Source: Batkoa obscura
Lineage: Eukaryota
Assembly: GCA_030770535.1 (NCBI GenBank)
Contig: JASVEC010000018.1
Span: 806,001 to 870,000 of the forward strand
DNA length: 64,000 bases
Reading direction: 5' to 3'
The notes under the pieces were generated by a model. It was given only the letters and a program-made list of their open reading frames with translations, was not told where the DNA came from and did no database searches. The position numbers and the translations under genes are program-made. Positions 27,568 to 38,229 of this stretch are shown here, piece after piece. Each line of letters opens with the position of its first letter. The stretch's first letter is position 1.

Positions 27568-28573
27568 ATGATCAAAACAAGCTACAAATTAATTGGTAAT
27601 GAAGATAGAGAAAGAATTGTTAATGTTTAGTGAATCTAATGCAGCCAGTATTTCTAAATTTTTTGGTTTCAATATGAGGATAGTTCAAAATTGTAAAAAA
27701 ATATATTGATAGGGAAGATTATAGAAGAAGATCAAAATTGAATGAAAAAGAAGCTCCTAGAGTAATTATATCAGAATCCCAAAAGAAATTGATACAATCT
27801 TGTGTTGAAAAAGATTCTAATATACTATTAAAAGAAATCAAGGAGGAATTAAAGAATGAAATCGAAGTAACAGTAAGTGAAAAAATTATAAGCATAAACT
27901 TAAATGCTTTTAATTACTCTTTTAAACGTATTGATTCATTACCTCAAAACAACGATTTGACTATTTTGGAGTTTCGGGTCTTTTATGCTAATACTTTTTT
28001 AATGAAATGATGGAATTTATTCATTCTAAAATTATATTTATCAATGAAGCTACGTTTAATGTTTCAACGCGCTTGAGAGAGAGATCCACTGGAAGAAAGA
28101 CAGAAAAGCAGGATTTTAGAGCTCTTATGATAAGCACATTCATGTGTTGTGCTATGAATTTAAACGGATTAATTGAATATCAATCTCAACTAACGTGTTT
28201 TTTTACTAATACGTTTAACCAATTTGTTAAGTCAGCTGTTGAGAGATTAGAGAAAACAAATATACCCGAAGCTATAATAATTATGGATAATGTATATATT
28301 AAAAAAGATTCAAGTGTCAAAGGTCTTATTGAATCGAAAGGGCACGAGCTAATACATTCACCACCCAACTCTTCATTTTTAAATCCTGTTGAAAGGATTT
28401 ACACTAAATGGATTCAATCAATAAGAGCGAAAGAAATAAAAAATGAAAAGGAATTGTTTAAAATAATTGATAATATTCTATCAGAGATAAGCTCGGGTGG
28501 TTGTAGATATTTTTTTGAACAGATGCTAAGCTTTTTATCAAGATGTTTAAACTGTGAAGAAATAATTGAGTAA
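27568..28573 (+). pseudogene. Dispersed, broken copy of the IS630/Tc1 transposase-derived gene family
   Basis: ATG 27568 (MIKTSYKLIGNEDRERIV) is followed by a stop/frameshift near 27630 and further breaks near 27690 and 28005. Motifs FINEATF, IMDN and PPNSSFLNPVE are closest to the 41267 copy. Confidence 0.85.
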
Positions 28574-29120
28574 ACAAAATTTACCTTTACAGTTTTTTAA
28601 ATTTTTAGCTTATAAGTGTTCACATTAGATTGATCTTTATTTTATTATCTCTTTTTAAGCATCATAATCAAGTTAATTTTTTCTGATTTTTAATGACTTG
28701 AAGTATTTTTTACTGAATTTGAAGTTTAATGGTGACTAGATAAAAGATGAAGGTTAAAGATAAAATTAAAAGGAGAGGTAAGGCTGAAGAGAGGCAAGAT
28801 GTAAACTATTGAATAATGAAAATTTATTTCCCTATTTTAAACTTGAACTACTCTTTTAATAGCGATTTCAGTGATTTAGATACTCTATAAAATCTCTCAC
28901 AATTTGAAGCAGGTTTCTATGAGCTCAATGATACCAATTTTAACCCTTTTTGATGAATAGAGAGCCTTTCTAATAAACAGTTAAACCAAGTTAAAATATT
29001 AGTTAAAAGCAATGAAAATGTAGCTAAACCCCTTAGTTTTAGACTTCGAATTATGAATTCATGGAATTAAACTCTTTTCTACAAAGTGTTTATGTTGATA
29101 TGGATACTGAATAAATAAAT

Positions 29121-29218
29121 GGGAGTGTTTTTTTTGACTTTATTACTTTTTTTCTTTTAAGCGCTACTTAAAGTGGAAAGATTGCTAGTAAAATTCTTGG
29201 GCATAAAAATACATTTCT
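29121..29218 (-). mobile_element. MITE copy 9
   Basis: GGGAGTGTTTTTTT...AAAAATACATTTCT with core TTTTAAGCGCTACTTAAAGTGG. Confidence 0.85.
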
Positions 29219-29532
29219 ATATAATGTTTTATTTTATTGAAAGACTATTAGGTATTCTAAAACATTCATTTTATTAAACAAGTGTTTTAAAAGATCAATA
29301 AAATACAACTTATTAAATACATTGAGATATTTATAGTATTGAGTCAAATTTAACATAATGGTATTCAATACTATAGATAATAATAATAGATTTATAAAGA
29401 TTTTGGGTTTATTTTATAAATATTTCTAAATAAAAATAACTTTTTTAATGAAAATATTAACTAAAAATAATAGTGAATTCTTAACAATTGTAAATTAATT
29501 CTCAAAATCATATATAAAAAAATCAAGTATAT

Positions 29533-29630
29533 GGGGATGTATTTTTATGTTTAAAAATTTTACTAACAATCTTTCTGCTCAAATAGTGCTTGAAAAATAG
29601 AAAAAATAATGAAACCAAAAAAACATCCCC
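29533..29630 (+). mobile_element. MITE copy 10 (cleanest termini)
   Basis: GGGGATGTATTTTT...AAAAAAACATCCCC, 98 bp, with ATAT at 29529-29532 and 29631-29634. Confidence 0.92.
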
Positions 29631-30025
29631 ATATACTATTTTACGTAAATTGATAAATGAAACTTAATAAAATAACTAAATAACTTATCTTTGTAAATTG
29701 GCATTTATTCAATAAAAGCATACAATCTCACAACATTAATTATTTGTATTACTTCCCTCATTTTAAAAAAAATTCCAATCTATTTTGACACTAACAAAAT
29801 TCAACTCAAACAAAAGTAAAATCCTAAAAAGGTAATTTTGGACATTTTAAGCTATCGTTAATTTTATTTCAAACAAAATTAATAAACTCGAAAACTCAAC
29901 AGGATATTATTCATATCATTAATAATAAAATAGTTTATTGCTAATTTTTTTATTGATTTACATTTGTTTATTTTACATTCATTTTAGATAGCTCTTTATT
30001 TCTTTATTTCTCTACTTTTTTAAAT

Positions 30026-30871
30026 ATGAACTTTTTCGTCTATTGCATATTATTTCAATTGATAGTTGCGATAACACCAGGAGATAAAGTAGGTTATAAT
30101 TTACCACAATTAGGCGAAAATCAAACTGGTGTTAAAGGGGTACCAAGTAATCAAATATCAAATAGCAATCAAAATAGTAATACGAATAGTAATACCAATA
30201 CTAATAATCAAAATATCCAAAGCAACCCAAGCAAAAATACAAATACGAATAATAATAACAATAATAATAACAATAATGTCCAGCCCAATGAAAGTAAAAA
30301 TAATAACCCATTATCACAATCCAATGACAATAAAAATAATAAACAAAGTAATGTAGATAAAGCAACGATACAAGAGAGTAAATCTTCTTCTGAAAAAACA
30401 GTTGAAAGTATCTCTACAACACCTACCACCACTTCCTCTTCTATCTCTTCTATCTCTTCTATCTCTCCTACCACTACCTCCAAATCCAATGAAAAAACCT
30501 CCAGTCATAATGCTACTTCTACGGACCCTACACTTGTATGTCTAGTTGAATCCGGCTGCGGGCCCGATATCAAATGTATTTCTCGATGTGCTAAAGTACC
30601 TAACCCTAATTCCGATCAAGTTCGACGTACAGGTGCATGTATGGGTCGCTGTAATACAACAGAACATCCATTACCACCACCTAATGGTGAACAAGTGTTA
30701 CAAGATAGGATTGCTACTTGTTATCAAAAATGTTTAAAGGGCATTTATTTAGCTCATTTTACTAAACCAAAGTATAGGGATATTGGTGTGAATTCGGGGA
30801 GTGATGGTAAGGGGCTTATAGAAATAATGATAGTGATCATGGCAGTAATTGTGTTTAGTTTTGGGGTTTAA
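30026..30871 (+). CDS. Secreted, probably GPI-anchored cell-surface protein with a Cys-rich domain
   Basis: N-terminal signal peptide, Asn- and Ser/Thr-rich stalk, 8-Cys domain (C..SGC...KCISRCAKVPNP...C...C...C...C) and a hydrophobic C-terminus after NSGS. Confidence 0.75.
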   Translation: MNFFVYCILFQLIVAITPGDKVGYNLPQLGENQTGVKGVPSNQISNSNQNSNTNSNTNTNNQNIQSNPSKNTNTNNNNNNNNNNVQPNESKNNNPLSQSNDNKNNKQSNVDKATIQESKSSSEKTVESISTTPTTTSSSISSISSISPTTTSKSNEKTSSHNATSTDPTLVCLVESGCGPDIKCISRCAKVPNPNSDQVRRTGACMGRCNTTEHPLPPPNGEQVLQDRIATCYQKCLKGIYLAHFTKPKYRDIGVNSGSDGKGLIEIMIVIMAVIVFSFGV

Positions 30872-31050
30872 TGAATTGTTAAGGATTTATAATGAAATTA
30901 AGAGTCGATTGTAAAATTAGATGATTGTTTTTAATATTAGTGATATAGAACTTTATTAAACTGAAAACTCGAAAAGAAAGATAAAAGTACAAGTTCAACT
31001 TGAATAATAAGGAAAGTGAAATAGAGAGAAGAGATTAAGATTTTGATTTA

Positions 31051-32442
31051 TCAAATAAAATCCAATAGTTTTTGAAACTTAATTAATTCATTTGAAGAAA
31101 AAGAACATTCATTAGAAAAAGCAATTTCCATTAATATATGAGCATTATATAATTTTTTAGGTAAATTTTGAATTTGTTGAAATAATTGTAAGGGATCTAA
31201 ATTAGAATTCATTAGCTCTAATTGATAAATTTTAAATAATGCTAATCCAATTCGATATAATATTTTCTCTCCTTCATAAAATAAACAATCCCAAACTCTT
31301 AAATTACTTTCAATTGGTAATAAATCACAATATAATAATGGAAACCAATGAGAGATAGCTAAAGCTAATGATGGCATACCATTCTTTTCTTTTTCTAATA
31401 TAAAATTCCATAATTTATTGAATTTACTCCTCATCAATGCCAAAAATGTTCGTACCATTATTGTACTTCCTTTTCCTCCTTTAATGTATACCTGGGGATT
31501 CATTATATTATCTGTAATTGTTATTAATGTAAAAAAACTTTTTTCTTCATCCATAAATAATAATAATTGCCCAACTATATAACTAAAGCTTTGTTGATAT
31601 CCATTCTCTTTTTTATAATATGTGTAACACAATAATACTCTTCTTAAAGCCGATAATAACGCATTACTCTTGGGATCAAAACCAATGGTATAATTACCAT
31701 TAGGTTTTGTTTTAAAATGTTTATTATTAGGAAAGGTACGATGTAAATCTAAAATTAAATAAATCACATTATTATAATTGTTATTATTATTATTATTTAT
31801 TTACTTATTATTATTTAATAAACACTTACCTTGATCAATTTCTCTAGAAAAAGATAAAAAATCAGGTTGATTAATTACTTTACTTAATAAATGTTTATAC
31901 AATCCTTGATTTTTTAACCATTTTTCTTCTGCACCAGAATAGTAAAACCACATCTAATAATAATAGAACAAAAATTCAGTATTTGTTCCTTTTACATAAT
32001 AAACCTTTAAACTTTACCTTAGCTCTCCATTCCGTTGGTATACCTTTTCGAATATATCTTTTAACTAAATTTAAAAAAAGTGTTAGTATCTTTTAATGGC
32101 ACTATCTCTTCTTAAATTTCTCTACTTTACCTTTACTGTTTCTATCTAAAGGTAAATTAGCATTTTGCAATAACATACTATTCCATTGTTTTTCACGAAA
32201 TATTAGTTTTTTTTGATATTCAATGTTAAATTGATCAATAATTTCCACTTCACTTTTATCTTTACTTTTCTCAAACCCATATTTATCATAACTAAATATA
32301 AAATATAATCAATATTTGCATTACTTAAGTGAATAAAACATTTAATTAATACTTACTTAGAATCCTTATCTTCTTTATTTAATGGTATGTTAGGATAATA
32401 AAAACTACCGAATTGCTCATTATTTGCTGGATCTTCAACCAT
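31051..32442 (-). CDS. TBC-domain Rab GTPase-activating protein, multi-exon
   Basis: DKYGF, RKGIP...R..MW, spliced IDQ|DLHRTFP (Arg finger), GYQQ (Gln finger) and RVWDCLFYEG. ATG at 32442. Confidence 0.88.
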
Positions 32443-33420
32443 TGTTTATCTCTTATTGAGCTAGTATATTGCTTTAAAATTAATCAATGTTAAACAAAAA
32501 AATAAAGAACAATTTGGACTTTAAAATTGTTTAAATATTTTAGTCTGATAATTTTAATAATAAGCCTCTAATTCATAATTTCGAAGAATATTGTTTTAGA
32601 CACTGATTCTTCAGATATGATTTTGATTGGTAGAGAAAAATATTACTTTTACTTTATTTAGAAAATTCCAATTTATTAGGGATACTCTATTTATATGTTT
32701 TCTGAGGGTTAGACTACAGTTTTAATATTTGTAAAGTAGATAAAGACTTTATATTATAGTGAAGTGTTATTGGTATTGGGTTAACATATGTATACAATTA
32801 CAACATTTAATTTAGGATACTATTTTATTGAATTTTATTTTAATACTATTGGTAATTTTAATTATGGCTGGGAATTTGTTTTGAAATTAAATTTGTTTTA
32901 GTTGATGTTGCTTAATGTGTTATCACTGCTTATCTAATTTAAAAAATATCGAAAAGTTAGTTTGATAAATTTAAAGATTAATTAAATAATTTAAAAGATA
33001 ATATTCAAAATAAGTATTTACTTTGATAACTTCAAGCTAAAGAAAAATAAATGATATGACATAATAAAATAGAATAAACAATAATGAAACAACATACAAC
33101 TACTTTTGCTAACTTTATATGATTAATATACATTTATATAGTCTTTTTATACTAATTTTGCGAAATATTGGAATTATTCTAAACTATTAAAATTCAAGCA
33201 AAACTGCTACAAAATCAATCTTTTCCGATTATAATTTAATAAAATCAGCCCAAAATTTATTATTAAACTCCTTTCAATTGAACTCTATCAACCCACGAAA
33301 TATGTAAAAGACATAGCTTAATCTTTATCTTACTCATTTCCAACTTCTACTTTACATTCAATTAACCTTAACCGATATATAACTCTTATTTTTAGAAAGA
33401 TAAATGTATTCTTTATTATT

Positions 33421-36400
33421 TTAATTATCATTAAAATATAATTGTTTCCAATAATTTTTAAATAAAATTGGATTAAATTCATATATTAATAATTGATTTT
33501 TTATTTCTTTACTCTTTTCCTTTGGTTCTAATATTTCATTTATTTCATTAGTATTTTCATTAGTTTCATTATTGTATATCTCATTATCATCATTATCATC
33601 ATCATTATCATTTATTCTTTCTTCCTCTGTTTCTTTTTCATTCATAAACTCTATTAAAAAAAGAGTAATAAAATGAACCAAGAATTGATCAATATTTAGT
33701 TCCAATTTTAAATTCAGTTTCTCTGTTAATCCTTGTAATAATGGAAACTCATTTTTCTCTTGATATAGTTTATAAATTTGATAGAGAGATTGGCTTGGAT
33801 TAATTGAATTTATAGCATTTAATAATTGATTTAAAAGTATGTTAATAGAATAAAGCAATAAAAATCTCATCTCATAAATATCCGCTAATTCAAAAAATTG
33901 AACACATAATGATAATTGTAAATCTTCAGGTTCATTTGATAAAAAATTCATATTGATTTGATTACTTTTTAAGGTAATAAATTGATGATTTATAATATTA
34001 AATATTTTATCATTTAAATAATTTAATGTATTAAAATATTCAATTGGTAATTTAATAATTTTAGTTGCACTTTCAATACCACCAAATTGTAAACTGACTG
34101 CTAATATTGGTGATAGAAATTCAATTATTTCTAAGGGCATTTGAAATTCTAAAATTTCTTCCTCACTATCCTTTTGACTATTTTTACATTGAAATTTAAC
34201 TTGTTGTTTACTTTTACTGTGAACTATTTTTTCATATTCTACAGACATATGATAGATACTAAGATCTAATTCATTCTTGACTTGTTTTAATATTGATTGT
34301 AATTCTTTATATATCTTTTCACTGTTTAGAAAAGCATGATAGTTAATAGCATATACACCTGATTCCATTTTCCATCTTTTGGACTCTAATTCAAAATCCT
34401 CCACTTCATCTTCTTCCTTAAAATTAAATATTAAATCTAATAAAGTATCATATGGAGTCTTAGACACAATTTGGTATTTTAAATTACAACTTGAATTTCC
34501 TTCAATAAATTTTAAATCTCCTGTAATAAAAAAAGATTGAAAGTTAGAATCTTTACAACAATAACTTAAATAAATAGTAATTAATTGATTTAATTTAACT
34601 TTTGACCTTTGATTTTCTGTTGTTGAATAAAGTTCAATTAATTTAATAATGATATTAATAAGTTCATTAATTATTGGTGTTATTATAACAACTATTTCTT
34701 TTACTTTCTCAATATTTATAATATCAATATGTTTTATTATATTAAAATACCATTTATTTATCAAATTATTTTTTAATATATTAACTAATTGATTCTCATC
34801 TGTTAGTAATTTAATAATAATTTTATTTATAACATTATATAATTCATTATTACTTATATAAATATTAATTAATTCATAAGACAAATTAGCTATATAATTA
34901 GTATAATTTATTATATATTTAATAGCAGATGGTATTGTTAACAAATTCAATAAGTAATTACATGCTAGTATACTTAGTTTTATATCGTATTTATAACATA
35001 ATGTTATTTGATAAATTGGATTTATAATTGATATAATATAATCATTATTTGTATTATTATTTTGATAAATACCATTTTTATCCTTGTATAGCATATAACT
35101 TTTTGGTATTTGAATTAATTTATAAAATCCAGGTTTAGTTAATTCATTAATAAAATAAACTTCTTTTTCATCAATATTTTCGTCGATATAACAACAAACA
35201 AATAATTGTTTCCATTCTTTATCTTTTATAAAACAATCTAATAAATTTATTATTCTATCTAATATCCTTTTTCCATATAATTGATACTCATCTATTATTG
35301 AATCATAGTAATTAACTCTTTTTTCATTTTCATTTGTATTAATTGATTTGTCAATAATGGTTGGGCGTTGAGTCCATAACATAAATGTATGTGCTAATAA
35401 ATAGATGAATTTTATTGTTATTCTTTCTTTTAACAAGTTATTTCGAAATACAAAAGATTGAAACATACAACTAAATAAATTGAAAACTGGATTAATTAAA
35501 TTAAAATCTAATTCGTTTGGACAAGTATCTATTAATTTGTACTTTTCAAACAGTTGTGGTAAATATAGTTCTTTAATAAATTCATTAAATTGATATTTTT
35601 GAATTATGATTTGCAATATGTTGGATGAATATGTTAATATCATTAATTTACTATAATTTGATTGTTGTTTAAATTGAGTGTCATCTTGTTTTGTACAATG
35701 TAAATACAAAATATTGTAACATTTTGAACAAATTAATTTCAATTCATTCGGATAACAATAATTAAACTCTTCAATTGTTTTTTCGGTCATTAATTTATAA
35801 ATCAAATTCAACATCCCAACTAAATAATTGAAATTCAAACTGCTAGAATTGTTTTCAAATAATCTTATAACAACTATCGAAAACATAGGTAATAAATTAT
35901 AGTTTACTAAAAAATTCCCTTCTTTTTCATTATAACCAAAAGGTCTGTATTTCAATACATTCAATTCTCCACTACTTTCTGTTAATTTATTAATTATTAA
36001 AATAATAGTCTGAAATAACTCATTTGTTTTTGAATTAAATTTGATTTCTTTTGATATCATCTGAGATTTGTTTGAACAATTTATTACTTGATAAAATTGT
36101 AAATAAATTGAATAATAATCTCTATTAATTCTTTCAAGTTCATTAAATGGAAGATCATTGCAATTCAATAATATTTTTAAATAAATTATTGATTCATCAA
36201 AGATTAGAAATTGGTGTTGTAATTCCATTGATTTTAAATGTACGTTTTTTAATAATTTATAAAATTCTAGTACTAAATCAAAATAGTAATCTTCTACTGT
36301 TTCTTCTTTTAACATAACTTGTTGTAAATTATCATAATTCTGTTTATTAATATTATGATTTAATAAATGTGTTGATAAATTTAATAAACAGAATGTTAGT

Positions 36401-37599
36401 TGTTTAAAATGGATTTTCTTACAAGTTACAATTTCCCCTGCTTCACTTCTTTCCATAATAAATACTAGCTTCAATGCTTTTAACATTGGTAAAACAATAA
36501 ACTTAATGAATCTATCATTCATTTTCATTTTTTTAAAATTATAAATATTAACTTGGTGATAACTTACTTTCAGAAATAACTTAACAATTTCATCATAAAT
36601 TTCAGTTTCCGTTCGAAATTGGAAACTCAATTCAATACAATTATTAACTAAATTCATCATTTCATTAACTAACTTTTCATTCTTTTGATCCAGTTTACTT
36701 TCTTCTTCTTTATTGGTGTTTTGATTCATTTTCTCCTCTTTATAATTTATCTTTTTCTTAATACCATCATCATTTTTACCTAATGAATCATCAAATGGCT
36801 TTCTAATGATACTAAACATAATGGGGTCTTTATCAAACTCTGATGTATAGGATAGCTCGTTAATCTTATTATTCAAAAATTCGAATAAACTTTTGATTGC
36901 TTGTTTTTCATAACAACAATAATTAATCATACCTTTCCTTTGTAACTTAAAAAAATAGATTAAAAAGTTTTGGTTCTTAACTTGTGTTGAAGCATCATTT
37001 AGTAGCTCTAAAACTCTTTCGAAAATAAATTTTACTTTTATATCATAATTTTTTGTTATTAAAGTTTCCATCATTTCATACTTTTTATAATAAATAGAAA
37101 ACAACACTCGATCAAATAAAGCATAATAGTTAGTAATTGCTTTGGATAAATGAATTTTTTCCAATATATTTAATGTAATTCTAATAACTTCTTTATCCAC
37201 AAAATAAATTAACGAAATAAAAAACGTATCTAATATCCTATTTACATCTTCCTCTTTAAACAAATATTCTTTTGTCTCTTTAGCTTCCTTTACTAAAAAT
37301 CGTTCACAAACTATCCAATAATATCCTTGAATTAATTTCAACCATTTTATCAACTTTTTCTCCATTTTATTCACCTCAGTATCTGTATAATCCAACTGTT
37401 CTATTTCCGCGTGAAACCTTTCAACATAATCAATAAACAAATAACTCAAATCCGATTTAAGAACTGAAGTTTCAAGTGCTTTGATCTTTTTAATTATTTG
37501 TCGAAAATCATCAAAAGATAATAAATAATGGATTCGTTTTGTAATTTCAGTATAGCTGGTATTTTCATCTAATTTATTATCCGAGGATGGGGTTTGCAT
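33421..37599 (-). CDS. Large 1392 aa helical-repeat protein with a possible C-terminal BTB-like domain
   Basis: Single long ORF with Leu/Ile-rich helices. The C-terminal LSPILAVSLQFGGIESATKIIKLP...ELADIYEM resembles a BTB pattern. Confidence 0.7.
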   Translation of the reverse strand: MQTPSSDNKLDENTSYTEITKRIHYLLSFDDFRQIIKKIKALETSVLKSDLSYLFIDYVERFHAEIEQLDYTDTEVNKMEKKLIKWLKLIQGYYWIVCERFLVKEAKETKEYLFKEEDVNRILDTFFISLIYFVDKEVIRITLNILEKIHLSKAITNYYALFDRVLFSIYYKKYEMMETLITKNYDIKVKFIFERVLELLNDASTQVKNQNFLIYFFKLQRKGMINYCCYEKQAIKSLFEFLNNKINELSYTSEFDKDPIMFSIIRKPFDDSLGKNDDGIKKKINYKEEKMNQNTNKEEESKLDQKNEKLVNEMMNLVNNCIELSFQFRTETEIYDEIVKLFLKVSYHQVNIYNFKKMKMNDRFIKFIVLPMLKALKLVFIMERSEAGEIVTCKKIHFKQLTFCLLNLSTHLLNHNINKQNYDNLQQVMLKEETVEDYYFDLVLEFYKLLKNVHLKSMELQHQFLIFDESIIYLKILLNCNDLPFNELERINRDYYSIYLQFYQVINCSNKSQMISKEIKFNSKTNELFQTIILIINKLTESSGELNVLKYRPFGYNEKEGNFLVNYNLLPMFSIVVIRLFENNSSSLNFNYLVGMLNLIYKLMTEKTIEEFNYCYPNELKLICSKCYNILYLHCTKQDDTQFKQQSNYSKLMILTYSSNILQIIIQKYQFNEFIKELYLPQLFEKYKLIDTCPNELDFNLINPVFNLFSCMFQSFVFRNNLLKERITIKFIYLLAHTFMLWTQRPTIIDKSINTNENEKRVNYYDSIIDEYQLYGKRILDRIINLLDCFIKDKEWKQLFVCCYIDENIDEKEVYFINELTKPGFYKLIQIPKSYMLYKDKNGIYQNNNTNNDYIISIINPIYQITLCYKYDIKLSILACNYLLNLLTIPSAIKYIINYTNYIANLSYELINIYISNNELYNVINKIIIKLLTDENQLVNILKNNLINKWYFNIIKHIDIINIEKVKEIVVIITPIINELINIIIKLIELYSTTENQRSKVKLNQLITIYLSYCCKDSNFQSFFITGDLKFIEGNSSCNLKYQIVSKTPYDTLLDLIFNFKEEDEVEDFELESKRWKMESGVYAINYHAFLNSEKIYKELQSILKQVKNELDLSIYHMSVEYEKIVHSKSKQQVKFQCKNSQKDSEEEILEFQMPLEIIEFLSPILAVSLQFGGIESATKIIKLPIEYFNTLNYLNDKIFNIINHQFITLKSNQINMNFLSNEPEDLQLSLCVQFFELADIYEMRFLLLYSINILLNQLLNAINSINPSQSLYQIYKLYQEKNEFPLLQGLTEKLNLKLELNIDQFLVHFITLFLIEFMNEKETEEERINDNDDDNDDNEIYNNETNENTNEINEILEPKEKSKEIKNQLLIYEFNPILFKNYWKQLYFNDN

Positions 37600-38229
37600 G
37601 GAGATAAAAAGAAAGAGATGATAAAAGTTAGGTTTTGAATTTTTTGGGATTTTGGAATTGGAATTATTAGTATAATTTTTATGTCATCAAAGTTTTTTAT
37701 TAACTTTAGATATTGGACAGATTTTCAATAACCCCATTTTAATGTGTGTAGTCCTTAGTTTCCACTTATTTTCTATGTTATTTGTAAGAATGAATACCCT
37801 TTTTGATTGGCTCAAATATAATGAACAGCTATAACGTTGTAAAGGTTACATATCGGATGGGTTATAATATTGCCATATATCAAGTACTACTTTTTATTTT
37901 TTTTTAATTGTTTGGGCAAATTTAAATTATTTTGCTATTTCACTAAAATTTTTATTGCTCAAAAAAAATTTACAAAGTTGAAATTATTGGCTATAAAAAG
38001 AAGGACTTTGATTTTGACCAAAAGCTTAAATTTGAAACAAATTCAATTTTGTTTTTTAACTTCCAAAATTTACCTTTAAAAAACCAATATTTCAACTGTT
38101 TTATAAATCCATCCAAGATTGTAGCTATTATAGAGCCAAGTTTATTTAATCTGATATTATTATAGTAAGTAGTTAATATCAAAGTTAAGTCTATTCAGTT
38201 TTAATTTCACTTTCAATCCTTTTATTGAC

